Program-made: the position numbers and the translations under genes
Source: Phycisphaerales bacterium
GTDB lineage: Bacteria > Planctomycetota > Phycisphaerae > Phycisphaerales > SM1A02
Reading direction: 5' to 3'
Length of the DNA stretch: 64,000 bases
Assembly (NCBI GenBank): GCA_051004555.1
Contig: JBPCKF010000106.1
Coordinates: 3,683-67,682 of the forward strand
Shown: in pieces, positions 1 through 9,470 of the stretch
Layout of the letters: the number at the start of each line of letters is the position of its first letter
How positions within the stretch are numbered: the first letter of the stretch is position 1
The notes under the pieces: model-generated
The model's input: only the letters and a program-made list of their open reading frames with translations
The model's database searches: none
Told to the model about the DNA's origin: nothing

Positions 1-537
1 ATCATGCCAGTCGATGATGGTTTCGCAAATGGCTTCCATTTCGCTGACCAGCCCGCCCGGCGAATCGATGTCGAGCACAACGATGCTGATATTCTGCTTC
101 ACGCACTCTTCAAAACATCGCTCGAGCAACGCTGCATCGAAGAACGGATCGCCCAGCTTCTGACCGCCACCGACGCCGCCATGCAGTGGCACGCGCGCAA
201 CCAGAAGTGCATCTGACGCATGAAGCGGAATCAGATCGCCATCGGGAGACTCACGCTCGATGGGTGGCAAGGGAGGTGGCGTGGGCCGCCCGCTGCCATC
301 AGATTGGTCGCCAGCTTCGGGATACAACTTGTCGACATCAAACCGCAGAAGTGATTCGGTGGTCCAGGTATTGCCACGCTTGATGCGGATGGTGAGGGTG
401 TCAGCCGTCTCACCCACAACCTCGCAGCGCATGGTGGTGCCATCTTTCAAAACGACAACATCTGCATGCACGCAGGCACGCTGGGCTCCCGTCCCGACGA
501 TGAGGGCTGCAATGATGCATCTTGTCAGTCGAATCAT
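1..537 (-). CDS. ClpP-class (NfeD/SppA-like) serine protease, N-terminal part; the C-terminus runs off the window start
   Basis: Own minus-strand translation; it is absent from the ORF track because there is no stop in the window. ATG at 537. MIRLTRCIIAALIVGTGAQRACVHA is a signal-like N-terminus. ...NISIVVLDIDSPGGLVSEMEAICETI is an SPGG block typical of S49/NfeD proteases. The frame is open to base 1 (179 codons). Confidence 0.55.
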   Translation of the reverse strand, partial: MIRLTRCIIAALIVGTGAQRACVHADVVVLKDGTTMRCEVVGETADTLTIRIKRGNTWTTESLLRFDVDKLYPEAGDQSDGSGRPTPPPLPPIERESPDGDLIPLHASDALLVARVPLHGGVGGGQKLGDPFFDAALLERCFEECVKQNISIVVLDIDSPGGLVSEMEAICETIIDWHD

Positions 538-662
538 CGCATGATAGTGTATACGGTTGGCTGGCCTCCCGGCGGGCTGGCACGCGACGAGGCTGCGGCC
601 TGAGACTGCCAGTGTTCTGTCCTTCTCCTGCAATGTTACCCTTCTCCTGAAAAGGTTGTTCC

Positions 663-1193
663 ATGCATATGCATCCGATTCTCCGCTCGTGCGCCTTTTG
701 CTCCTTCGTGTCAGTGCTGTTGACACTGCCCGGCCTGATGGGTGGCTGCACCACACGGACCGAAACGTTTTCTGGCTACGACTCTTCAGCCGTATGGTCG
801 GCCATGGTGGCAGCTGCGGAGAATCCAACCAACTATAACAACTGGTCTTCAGTGGAGAACAAGGTGACGCCCAACGCTGAGACCGGCGTGATTCACGTCT
901 ACCGTGAACTGCGGCGCGATGTTGTACATCGAGGCATGAAACCCAGGCGGGAGGGAGCGGTGCTCGAACATGAGATCACGATGCTGACAAACGATGTCGG
1001 CGAACCTGTTGTCAAGTTCAAGAGCAGGCATCTGGATGTCCCCGCCAGCGCCCGCGAAGAAGCAGATGCATACTTCGAATCGGTATGGGGCATGTTGGGC
1101 GGACAGCCAAGGCGCGATGATGACAATGCTGACGATGCAGACATGACGAACGATCAGAATCCTGATATGGATGAGTTACTGGACAACGAATAG
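663..1193 (+). CDS. hypothetical lipoprotein with acidic C-terminal tail
   Basis: Hydrophobic N-terminus ending LPGLMGGC (lipobox-like Cys). Asp/Glu-rich tail. No family recognised. Confidence 0.5.
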   Translation: MHMHPILRSCAFCSFVSVLLTLPGLMGGCTTRTETFSGYDSSAVWSAMVAAAENPTNYNNWSSVENKVTPNAETGVIHVYRELRRDVVHRGMKPRREGAVLEHEITMLTNDVGEPVVKFKSRHLDVPASAREEADAYFESVWGMLGGQPRRDDDNADDADMTNDQNPDMDELLDNE

Positions 1194-1237
1194 GCAACGC
1201 TCCCCTCGCCGAGTCTTCCACCTGCTGAACGCTCGCT

Positions 1238-2587
1238 ATGCATCGCCGTACCAACCTACTCACGATTCTGATTGTGCTTGGCCTCATCGCAGGCGTCGTC
1301 ATCGGCGAATGGATGTTCCGGGCCGGCATTGTCATTGATGCGACACACTGGTCCAAGACGGCTGGTGATCTTGTTCTGATCCGCCCGCTCAAACTGCTCA
1401 TCGTTCCCATTGTCTTCGTGAGCGTGCTGGTGGGTGTCACATCCATCGGCAACCCCACCAAACTTGGCGTCGTGGGCGGATCGACCATTCTCTATTACAT
1501 GGCGACGATGCTGATTGCTGTGGTGATCGGCACAACACTCGTGTCAGTGATTCAGCCGGGCGATATCTCCGAGGCGGATCGCGCGGTGTTGATCGAACAG
1601 GGGAACATCAATCTCCAGAATAATGCAAACGTTCGTGATATGGCCGCCACCAGCACCCAGACGCAACAGGGGTTGGGGAGTGTGTTTGCAGGACTCATCG
1701 ATCAGGCAATTCCCACGAATGTGGTCAAGGACATGTCCGAAGACAACACGCTGCGGGTCATCGTGTTTGCACTGCTTTTGGGCCTGGCCCTGGCTGCAGG
1801 TGGGGAGAAGACCGCTCCTGCGGTGCGCTTCTTTGAGGCCCTGTTCGATGCCATCATGCGTCTGGTGATGGTTGTGGTCTGGGTCACGCCCTTGGGTGTG
1901 ATGTTTCTGATGATCTACAGCGTGGGTGGCGTGGGATTGAGAACCTTGCTGGGACCAATTGTGTGGTACGTCATCACTGTATTGCTGGGTTTGGCGCTGC
2001 ATGGTTTTATTGTGTTGCCGCTGGTCCTGGCGATCTTTGCACGCACCAATCCCTACCGCTTCATGTATCAGATGCGCAAGGCTCTCATGACCGCGTTCGG
2101 CACTGACTCGAGCTCTGCAACATTACCCGTCACCATTCAGACCGCAGAGACCGAAGGTGGATGTTCCAAGCGTGCATCCAACTTTGTGCTGCCGCTCGGG
2201 TCGACCATCAATATGGATGGCACTGCACTGTACGAAGCCGTGGCAGTTGTGTTTCTGTTTCAGCTGTATGGCATCCCGCTTGAGTTTGATCAGTTGTTGG
2301 TTGTGGTTGTGACAGCAACACTGGTTGCAATCGGCGCCGCGGGTGTTCCTTCAGCTGGCGTGTTCATGATGTTCATCGTCGTGATCGCAGTCAACAAGAG
2401 TCTGGCTGGGACTGGCAAGCAACTCGACCTGGCAGCCATTGGCGTGATCATCGGCATCGACCGCATCATCGACATGTGCCGCACGACCGTCAATGTCTGG
2501 GGCGATGCCGTTGGAGCCAAGATCATCTCGCGGATCGCCCCGGATGATCCTGAGCCGATCACGCCGATTGTGAAGGCAGGTTCGTGA
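1238..2587 (+). CDS. dicarboxylate/amino acid:cation symporter (DAACS family, GltP/GltT-like)
   Basis: 449 aa polytopic membrane protein with the family motif TDSSSATLPVT and a NMDGTALYEAVA block. Confidence 0.9.
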   Translation: MHRRTNLLTILIVLGLIAGVVIGEWMFRAGIVIDATHWSKTAGDLVLIRPLKLLIVPIVFVSVLVGVTSIGNPTKLGVVGGSTILYYMATMLIAVVIGTTLVSVIQPGDISEADRAVLIEQGNINLQNNANVRDMAATSTQTQQGLGSVFAGLIDQAIPTNVVKDMSEDNTLRVIVFALLLGLALAAGGEKTAPAVRFFEALFDAIMRLVMVVVWVTPLGVMFLMIYSVGGVGLRTLLGPIVWYVITVLLGLALHGFIVLPLVLAIFARTNPYRFMYQMRKALMTAFGTDSSSATLPVTIQTAETEGGCSKRASNFVLPLGSTINMDGTALYEAVAVVFLFQLYGIPLEFDQLLVVVVTATLVAIGAAGVPSAGVFMMFIVVIAVNKSLAGTGKQLDLAAIGVIIGIDRIIDMCRTTVNVWGDAVGAKIISRIAPDDPEPITPIVKAGS

Positions 2588-3033
2588 GCGGGCCCACCGG
2601 CGATGAGTGGTACCGAGCAGGCTTGCGATTCGAATGTACGCAGTGTGGAAACTGCTGCACAGGGCCGCCCGGCTACGTGTCGTTCACAGATGAAGAAGCA
2701 GCTGCGATGGCGCAGGCACTCGACGTATCGCTGCAAGATTTCCTGGACAAGTACACCCACGAAGCCAACGGCAATCGCAGTCTAAACGAACGCAAGACGG
2801 CTGCTGGATTTGATTGTGTCCTCCTTTCGCGCGACGAGGTGACGGGGCGCGGCAGTTGTAGTGTCTATCATGCACGGCCGATGCAATGTCGCACCTGGCC
2901 GTTCTGGCGGGAGAATCTGCGATCTCCCTCAGCATGGAAGGCAGCCAAGCGGGCCGTGCCCTGCCCTGGCATGGATCGCGGGCCGCTGGTGCCTGTCGAA
3001 TCCATTCGCATTCAACGTGATGCAACGCCATGA
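2584..3033 (+). CDS. YkgJ-family cysteine-cluster (CxxCxxCC) protein
   Basis: ECTQCGNCCTG motif plus a distal Cys/His block. GTGA start/stop overlap with the upstream symporter. Confidence 0.75.
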   Translation: MSGPTGDEWYRAGLRFECTQCGNCCTGPPGYVSFTDEEAAAMAQALDVSLQDFLDKYTHEANGNRSLNERKTAAGFDCVLLSRDEVTGRGSCSVYHARPMQCRTWPFWRENLRSPSAWKAAKRAVPCPGMDRGPLVPVESIRIQRDATP

Positions 3034-3563
3034 GCGTCTCGATACAGACTGAAACACTCAAGCACGTTCATCATCCAATGAATGCCATGCGCGAGCAGAT
3101 CGCGCAGGAAACAGCAGCCCATCGACCGCGCTGCGATATCAGCGGCCGCTGTTGCCATTTTGAGAAGTATGGTCATCGAATGTATGTGACTGCCCTCGAA
3201 GCAGCGTACGTTGTTGAGAGAGCGGGACACAGCATTGCCAAGTCTGATGTCGAGCGGGCACTGCGCGAAGGCAACTGTCCGTTTCTGCGACAGGGTCAAT
3301 GCAGCATTCACGCCGAGCGGCCACTTGGCTGTCGCATCTTTTTCTGCGACAGCAGCGCAACAGCATGGCAGAATGATCTCTATGAGCGCATGCATCAGCG
3401 CATGATTGCGCTACACGAAGAACACGATGTTGAATACAACTACGGGGAATGGCGGGCGCAGTTGATGCAGTGTGTTCCGGAGGAGCGCGGGGCCACTGAA
3501 GTGGCCCTGCCTTGCGAAGATCATACTCAGTTTGTTCAGTTGCGTATTGAGCGGGCGTCGTGA
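3030..3563 (+). CDS. second YkgJ-like cysteine-cluster protein
   Basis: CDISGRCCHF ... CPFLRQGQCSIHAERPLGCRIFFCD. ATGA overlap with the previous gene. Confidence 0.6.
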   Translation: MSVSIQTETLKHVHHPMNAMREQIAQETAAHRPRCDISGRCCHFEKYGHRMYVTALEAAYVVERAGHSIAKSDVERALREGNCPFLRQGQCSIHAERPLGCRIFFCDSSATAWQNDLYERMHQRMIALHEEHDVEYNYGEWRAQLMQCVPEERGATEVALPCEDHTQFVQLRIERAS

Positions 3564-4384
3564 GCGCGCGACCTCACGCAAACGTGAACGTGTGGATTCC
3601 GCCTGATGCAACTGAATCTGAAATGAGCCGGGGCCGGTCGCTGGCAGAAGATCTGCAACTCCCCATCATGCAGGAATGGCAAAGCGAACGAGTGCTGGCA
3701 CTTCGTTATCACGAGGAAAATCGCCTGGCTGTGCACCGCTTTCTCGACAGAAACCGGGCCGGATACTCGGTCGAGCCGCACATCCTCAAGCGTGCACATG
3801 GGCGTTATAGTGCAGATCAGTCGCATCCACTTGGCCGCGCGATCGGAAAGGACGCTGTGCATGTGCTCGATGCAACCGCAGGTTTCGGCCAGGATGCCAT
3901 CCACCTTGCAGCTTCGGGATTGCGCGTGACTGCACTGGAACGATGTCCGATCGTCCACGCCCTGCTGAACAACTGCATCGAACGCATCCACGCAGATGGC
4001 CGCTTGCGGGCTGCGATTGAACCCCATGATCGCCTGCAACTGATACGTGCAGACGCAGCGTCGTTTCTGCAATCGCCGCGCGAAATGCTCTTTGATGTGA
4101 TTTACCTTGATCCGATGTTCCCCAGCAAACGCAGGAAATCAGCCCTCCCCCCGCTGGCAGCGCAGATCCTGCGGACACTCGCAGGCGATGACGAAGATGC
4201 GCTGCAACTGGCTGAGTTGGCGATCACCAAAGCGAAGCAGCGGATCGTGATCAAGCGCCCGGATCACGCGCCGCCACTTGTTCCTGCCCCAGCATTCAGT
4301 TTCGCCAGCAAACTCGTCCGTTATGATGTCTACCTGCCACAGACTGCTCGCATTCAGATCCGAACTGAACCTCACATTGAGTGA
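3560..4384 (+). CDS. rsmJ: 16S rRNA (guanine1516-N2)-methyltransferase RsmJ-like, class I SAM methyltransferase
   Basis: VLDATAGFGQDAIHLAASGLRVTALERCPIVHALL and IYLDPMFP blocks match the RsmJ/DUF548 pattern. GTGA overlap with the previous gene. Confidence 0.75.
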   Translation: MSARPHANVNVWIPPDATESEMSRGRSLAEDLQLPIMQEWQSERVLALRYHEENRLAVHRFLDRNRAGYSVEPHILKRAHGRYSADQSHPLGRAIGKDAVHVLDATAGFGQDAIHLAASGLRVTALERCPIVHALLNNCIERIHADGRLRAAIEPHDRLQLIRADAASFLQSPREMLFDVIYLDPMFPSKRRKSALPPLAAQILRTLAGDDEDALQLAELAITKAKQRIVIKRPDHAPPLVPAPAFSFASKLVRYDVYLPQTARIQIRTEPHIE

Positions 4385-4393
4385 CATCCTCGA

Positions 4394-5122
4394 ATGACAT
4401 TGCCATGGTTTTATTATGATGCGTCGATGAAGGAGGGCGGCACGATTGCCCTTTCGCATGATGAAACCGTGCATATGCGCAGTGCTCGCCGCCTCGGGCC
4501 AGGCAGCCCGGTTGCACTGTTCGATGGCAGAGGAAACGTTGCGGATGGCGAGGTTGCCTCGATCAGCCGCGGATCAGCCCGCATTCATATTGCCAGCGTC
4601 AAACACCACCCGCCGCCAGAGCGAAAGGTTCACCTGATCAGCAACTGCCCCAAAGGTGACCGCCTTGCAGCGCTGATCAGCATGGCCACGCAGCTGGGGA
4701 TGTCTTCATTCACGCCATTGATCTGTGAACACAGTGTTCGAATTCCGAGAAATGAATCCGCAGCCCGCTGGTCGCGCATCGCCATCGAGTCGTGCAAGCA
4801 GTGTCACTGTCCGCACCTGCCGACCTTCCACGATGGAATCCAGGTGCATGAGCTTGCCCAGCGCAGTGAAACGAATGTGCAACTCATCATCGCCCATCCC
4901 GGCGGCGGTTTCATGCACAACATCATTCGCAACGCAGGCGATTGCATGCACTTTGCGATTGCGATCGGGCCCGAAGCAGGCTTTACCGATGAAGAAGTGT
5001 CGCAGTTACTCGCAGCTGGAGCAGCCCGGGTCGATCTTGGACCGGTCCTGATGCGGATTGAAACAGCAGCAGTTGCAGCTATCACGCTCGCAGCGGCGGC
5101 CCTGCGTGAGGCTGATGATTGA
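4394..5122 (+). CDS. rsmE: 16S rRNA (uracil1498-N3)-methyltransferase RsmE
   Basis: 242 aa. The C-terminal IAIGPEAGFTDEE motif and overall length are typical of RsmE. Confidence 0.8.
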   Translation: MTLPWFYYDASMKEGGTIALSHDETVHMRSARRLGPGSPVALFDGRGNVADGEVASISRGSARIHIASVKHHPPPERKVHLISNCPKGDRLAALISMATQLGMSSFTPLICEHSVRIPRNESAARWSRIAIESCKQCHCPHLPTFHDGIQVHELAQRSETNVQLIIAHPGGGFMHNIIRNAGDCMHFAIAIGPEAGFTDEEVSQLLAAGAARVDLGPVLMRIETAAVAAITLAAAALREADD

Positions 5123-5137
5123 GGGCAGCAGAATCGG

Positions 5138-6544
5138 CTATCGCGCCGCAGCGCTGATGGTCACGTCCTGTTTGTTCTCAACATGCAACCGCCTGGCCCG
5201 CTGGGTTGACCAATCCTGTACCGCCCGATCGGGCGACGCGTCATCATGATCTTGATGCACGCGCAGGAGTCGATAGCGATTGTCACGCTGCGCCGGCACG
5301 AATCCTGCATCACGGATCAGTCGACACAGCACCGCTTCATTCAGACAATACGTTGTGCCCGCAGAACTCACAACGTTCTCTTCCATCATGACTGAGCCCA
5401 TATCTGTTGCCCCGAACTGCAGCGCCACCTGGCCGATGTGCGGACCCATGGTCACCCAGCTCGATCCGATCGACCAGACATTGTCCAGATGCAGCCGCGC
5501 AATGGCTTGCGTGCGAAGATACTCTGTCGAGCCAACCATTCGTAAGCGGCGGCCGAACTCAGGATGACCGCTCTTTACGCCACTGCCATCGAGCGTTGCA
5601 ACGACGTCGCCAGGGAAGGGTTGCGAGATTGCGTCATCACCCGCTCCCTGCCCCCATTCGGGCAATCGCCCAAGTGGTGTATTCTCGCGCTGGAATGGCC
5701 AGGCAATGAACGCCATGTAGCGTCCGCCGCCATTCGGGACATGCTCGCTGATCGCGCGATCCTGCCATTGGCGAACCAGTTCCATGTGATGGATGCGATC
5801 CGCAACGCCCTCGATGTGGCCAAACATCATGGTTGCAGATGTGTTCATGCCAAGCTGATGCGCAACATTCATCACAGTCAGCCATGCCTCGGCATCGCAC
5901 TTGCCCAGCCCGATCTTGCGGCGAACGGCTGGCGCGAAAATCTCGCCGCCACCGCCCGGAACCGAATCGAGTCCAGCCCGCCTGAGTTCCGTCATGACAT
6001 GACGAATCTTGTCCGCGAGCGTGGCGCCAGGCGGATCAAAGAAGTGCACAAACTCGATAAACTCAGGTGGACTGAAGGCGTGCACATGCACATTGGGAAA
6101 CTCACCTTTGATGCGTGCGAGCAACTCGAGATACCACGACAATGGCAGCGCTGGGTTCATGCCACCCTGCATCAGAATCTGCGTGCCACCAATCGCGACC
6201 AGCTCGCCGATCTTTTCGAGCAGCACATCGTATTCGAGTGTGTATGCATCATCTTCATCACCATCTCGGCGAAAGGCGCAGAAAGTGCATTTCGCAGAGC
6301 AGATATTGGTGTAGTTGATGTTGCGATCAATGACGTAGGTGCGAACCGAGTCGCCATGCAGAAAGCGGGCCCGTGCATCTGCCCAGCGGCCAAGTTCAAA
6401 GAGCGGCATCTGCTGATACAACCGCAGCGACTGCTCGGGCGCGAGGCGCAACTCGCCATGCACGACATCACGCATGACAGCTTGGTCGAGGACATCCGCA
6501 TTGGGTTTGATCGCTGGGACCATGGCGCCGATTGTAGGGACCAT
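5138..6544 (-). CDS. radical SAM menaquinone (futalosine-pathway) enzyme, MqnC/MqnE/CofH family
   Basis: NINYTNICSAKCTFCAFRR radical-SAM cluster motif and GGTQILMQGG. It is about 80-100 aa longer than usual, from an internal insert around WGQGAGDDAISQPF...GRRLRMVG and a C-terminal tail. Confidence 0.8.
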   Translation of the reverse strand: MVPTIGAMVPAIKPNADVLDQAVMRDVVHGELRLAPEQSLRLYQQMPLFELGRWADARARFLHGDSVRTYVIDRNINYTNICSAKCTFCAFRRDGDEDDAYTLEYDVLLEKIGELVAIGGTQILMQGGMNPALPLSWYLELLARIKGEFPNVHVHAFSPPEFIEFVHFFDPPGATLADKIRHVMTELRRAGLDSVPGGGGEIFAPAVRRKIGLGKCDAEAWLTVMNVAHQLGMNTSATMMFGHIEGVADRIHHMELVRQWQDRAISEHVPNGGGRYMAFIAWPFQRENTPLGRLPEWGQGAGDDAISQPFPGDVVATLDGSGVKSGHPEFGRRLRMVGSTEYLRTQAIARLHLDNVWSIGSSWVTMGPHIGQVALQFGATDMGSVMMEENVVSSAGTTYCLNEAVLCRLIRDAGFVPAQRDNRYRLLRVHQDHDDASPDRAVQDWSTQRARRLHVENKQDVTISAAAR

Positions 6545-6575
6545 GGTTGGGATTGGCAGGCATCACCGTCGCGAT

Positions 6576-7385
6576 TCAAGGCATGGGATGATCGGAGCTG
6601 TCACCAGACGTTGATGACGACGGCGGATCTTCCTGGCCGAAGCTGCGCAGCAGACGTTCCCAGCGAACGCGGAAACTCGGCTTGCGATCGAAGGAAAACG
6701 CGACGCCGAACGCCCGCCCGACGATGAGGTCGCGTGGGATCAGGCCGAGCGTCGGATCGCGCGAGTCGCGGCTGTTGTTGCGATTGTCTCCCATCATGAG
6801 AAACTGAGCTTCGGGGATGGTGATGGGGCCGAAGTCTGCGTAGCGCGATCCGCCTCTGCCATTGAGGAACATGACGGGATGCATCACATCGCCTGTGATC
6901 TCGTTCTCGAACTCGATGGGAGCACGACCGAGATCTTCTAAGTCGAGTCGACTGAACTTGCCCGAGTTGACCGCCTCGAACTCCAGCGCCTGGCCATTGA
7001 TAAAGACGACGTTGCCACGCACCTCGAAGGAGTCGCCCGGCACACCCAGCACCCGCTTCACCATTCGCCTTCCATCCTGGGGAGCAAAGAAGACGACAAT
7101 GTCCCCACGGTCAGGATCATCCCAACTGAAGATCCGCCAACGAGTGAAGGGAAACTTGAGGTCGTAGGCGAGCTTGTTGACGAAGATGCGATCGCCCACG
7201 AGAATGGTGGGCTCCATGGAGGCTGATGGAACATCGTTCCAGTCGATGAACGAAGAGCGGAAGGCGAAGACGACGAGGATGGCCAGTCCGATGGGCTTGA
7301 TCCAATCCAGCCAGAGCTTGTGTGCCCAGTTCTTCGGTTCGGGTCGTTCCTTCTTTTTCTTCTCGCTAGGCGTGTTCGTGGACAT
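6576..7385 (-). CDS. lepB: signal peptidase I
   Basis: SASMEPTILVGDRIFVNK (Ser box), VKRVLGVPGD, GDNRNNSRDSR. Confidence 0.9.
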   Translation of the reverse strand: MSTNTPSEKKKKERPEPKNWAHKLWLDWIKPIGLAILVVFAFRSSFIDWNDVPSASMEPTILVGDRIFVNKLAYDLKFPFTRWRIFSWDDPDRGDIVVFFAPQDGRRMVKRVLGVPGDSFEVRGNVVFINGQALEFEAVNSGKFSRLDLEDLGRAPIEFENEITGDVMHPVMFLNGRGGSRYADFGPITIPEAQFLMMGDNRNNSRDSRDPTLGLIPRDLIVGRAFGVAFSFDRKPSFRVRWERLLRSFGQEDPPSSSTSGDSSDHPMP

Positions 7386-7473
7386 GGCGAGAGTCTATGC
7401 GCTTTGGATCAGTTGTGCCCTGTTCCAGCGCGCCAAGTCGATGGCGCGCAAAAGTATCCTGATGCAATTGAGA

Positions 7474-7512
7474 AAGGCTCACGGCGAACCGTGAGCCTTC
7501 CTTTTTGTGTTT
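7474..7512 (+). terminator. intrinsic-terminator-like hairpin (aaggctcacgg cgaa ccgtgagcctt) followed by cctttttgtgttt
   Basis: 11-bp perfect stem, GNRA-like loop, T-tract on the + strand. It lies 23 nt beyond the stop of the minus-strand PEP-CTERM gene and about 90 nt from the lepB start. Confidence 0.5.
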
Positions 7513-7534
7513 GGTTGTGCCAACGCGGTTGAAG

Positions 7535-8308
7535 TCAGGCCGTGCGGACCTTGCGACGACGTGAGGTCAATGCCAGACCACCGAGGCCAGCGATGCCGAG
7601 CATAGCTGCGGGTGGTGCGGGGATGACGAAGAGCACGAGTCCATCGGTGAAGATGTTGTCGTTGCCATCGTCATCGACTGCCTGCCAGACCTTGCCCTGT
7701 TCAGCACCCAGAAGACGCGCTGCCCGGATGGCCTGAACCAGCGTGAAGCTGATATTCACTCGACCACGCTCGCCGAAACCTGCAACATCTGAGATGTTGG
7801 TGATGGCGAATCCGACGGGCGTTGTATCTTCGTTGACGTTGATGTCAACAGTCAGCGGGCCATCGTCGTCGATGGTTACACCAGTGCCAAGAGCAAAGAT
7901 GTTCGGGCCGCCGCCGTAGGTGCCGTTATCAGCACCTTCACTGATCCGCGGGCTCATATCAACCGAGGCTGCGAAGGGACCTGATACTGGGTTGTCATTG
8001 CCCCAAATCACGAAGAGTGTGAGACCTGCGCCAGAGTAGCGACCGCTGAGGTCTGTATTGAAGTCAACCATAAACATGTTGACCTGATTGGCGCGGGTAT
8101 CCCATGCACTGAAGTTACCATTCCGCGCCATTGCATAGCTCATGGCCCCTGCGAGGGTGCCCTGATCACCGCCGTCCCAATCAAACGAAGTGAAACTGCC
8201 GGCTCCGGTATCACTTGAGAAGCCGTACACCTGACCCGCTTGAGCGTTGCTGCATATTCCAACTGCACTCAAGCACACTGCCAACATTGACACGGATCGA
8301 ACGAACAT
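7535..8308 (-). CDS. secreted PEP-CTERM sorting-domain protein
   Basis: C-terminus VIPAPPAAMLGIAGLGGLALTSRRRKVRTA (PEP-like motif, TM helix, basic tail). Start moved to MFVRSVSMLAVCLSAVG (signal peptide), preceded by GGAAAGGAAGG. The longer track ORF would overlap folD. Confidence 0.7.
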   Translation of the reverse strand: MFVRSVSMLAVCLSAVGICSNAQAGQVYGFSSDTGAGSFTSFDWDGGDQGTLAGAMSYAMARNGNFSAWDTRANQVNMFMVDFNTDLSGRYSGAGLTLFVIWGNDNPVSGPFAASVDMSPRISEGADNGTYGGGPNIFALGTGVTIDDDGPLTVDINVNEDTTPVGFAITNISDVAGFGERGRVNISFTLVQAIRAARLLGAEQGKVWQAVDDDGNDNIFTDGLVLFVIPAPPAAMLGIAGLGGLALTSRRRKVRTA

Positions 8309-8537
8309 GGGGGACCTTCCTTTCCCGAACTGGGTTGTTGGTTTTCTGGCAAGGGTGGTCACATACCCCGAAGTGACACTCGTAAAGACCCTGCCTCTCT
8401 CGACATCCTCATTATACACCGCGCACCCCGATTGCAAGACAGAATCGCTCCATTTTTGCAAGTAAATTTGCGATAACTCCCGCACAACAAGCACCTGCAC
8501 AGTGTCGCAAGTTATCGTGACGTGATATGCTGACATT

Positions 8538-9395
8538 GTGAAGGAATGCACGATCATCAACGGCCGTCAACTCGCAGCGCGCATTCGAACAGATGTGCAG
8601 CGACGCGTGATAACTCTCTCAGGCATAGGACGCCAAACGCGATTGGATGCTGTCCTTGTCGATGGCGACGAAGCGGGCGCCCTTTATGCGAGCAGACAAG
8701 CATCCACCTGCGCGAAAGTGGGTATCGAGTATCGTCTGCACCGTCTGGATACTGACGCAACCTTCGATGACATCGCTGGCAGAGTCCTGCTGCTCAACCA
8801 GGATGACCTTGTCAGCGCTGTCATGGTGCACCTGCCCTTGCCCGAAGCAGTGGATACAGAACGCATTCAGTCGCTGATTGATCCCGAGAAAGACATCGAA
8901 GGCGTCAACCCTGCCAACATCGGACGTGTCGTCTATGGCAGGCGCAGCCTCGTCCCCTGTACCGCCCTGGCGGTTTTGCACATGATCGAGTCGACCGGCG
9001 TTGAGCTGCGCGGCAAACGATGCGTCTGCGTCGGGGCCAGTAACATTGTCGGCAAGCCGGTCGCGATCCTCCTCATGCAGGCCGAAGCAACTGTCGTCTC
9101 CACCAACAAGTTCACGCCAGACCTCGCAGCCGAGTGTCGCTCGGCTGATGTGCTGGTCTCTGCGACAGGAGTCCCCGGCCTCATCACAGGCGACATGATC
9201 AAACCCGGAGCGATCGTCATCGATGTCGGCATCAGCCGCATTCATGACAGTGATGGCGAGGTGCGAACCGTGGGCGATGTGAACTTCGATCAGGCAACCA
9301 AAGTGGCGGGATACCTCTCGCCAGTGCCGGGCGGAGTCGGGCCGGTGACTGTCGCAATCCTGCTCCTGAACGCCGTCGCAGCGGCTGAGGTGTAG
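8538..9395 (+). CDS. folD: bifunctional methylenetetrahydrofolate dehydrogenase/cyclohydrolase
   Basis: 285 aa. VGASNIVGKPVAILL and PVPGGVGPVTVAILL motifs. Confidence 0.95.
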   Translation: MKECTIINGRQLAARIRTDVQRRVITLSGIGRQTRLDAVLVDGDEAGALYASRQASTCAKVGIEYRLHRLDTDATFDDIAGRVLLLNQDDLVSAVMVHLPLPEAVDTERIQSLIDPEKDIEGVNPANIGRVVYGRRSLVPCTALAVLHMIESTGVELRGKRCVCVGASNIVGKPVAILLMQAEATVVSTNKFTPDLAAECRSADVLVSATGVPGLITGDMIKPGAIVIDVGISRIHDSDGEVRTVGDVNFDQATKVAGYLSPVPGGVGPVTVAILLLNAVAAAEV

Positions 9396-9470
9396 AACGA
9401 AAGTCCTCCGCGGAGCTGCGGAAACCGATTCGACAAGGCAAGCATTCCCTTTCGTAGCGCTACGCTTGCG

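Noticed and set aside
5564-6727. 387-aa + strand ORF
   Set aside because: It is entirely antisense to the radical SAM Mqn-family gene, which has strong motifs. It is Arg/Ala-rich shadow-frame composition.
8309-8537. Looked for a ZTP (pfl) or THF riboswitch upstream of folD
   Set aside because: I could not find the conserved GGGUCGUGACUGGCG / CCGCCUGGGC-type blocks. There is only an 8-nt inverted repeat (cgataact ... agttatcg) of unclear meaning.
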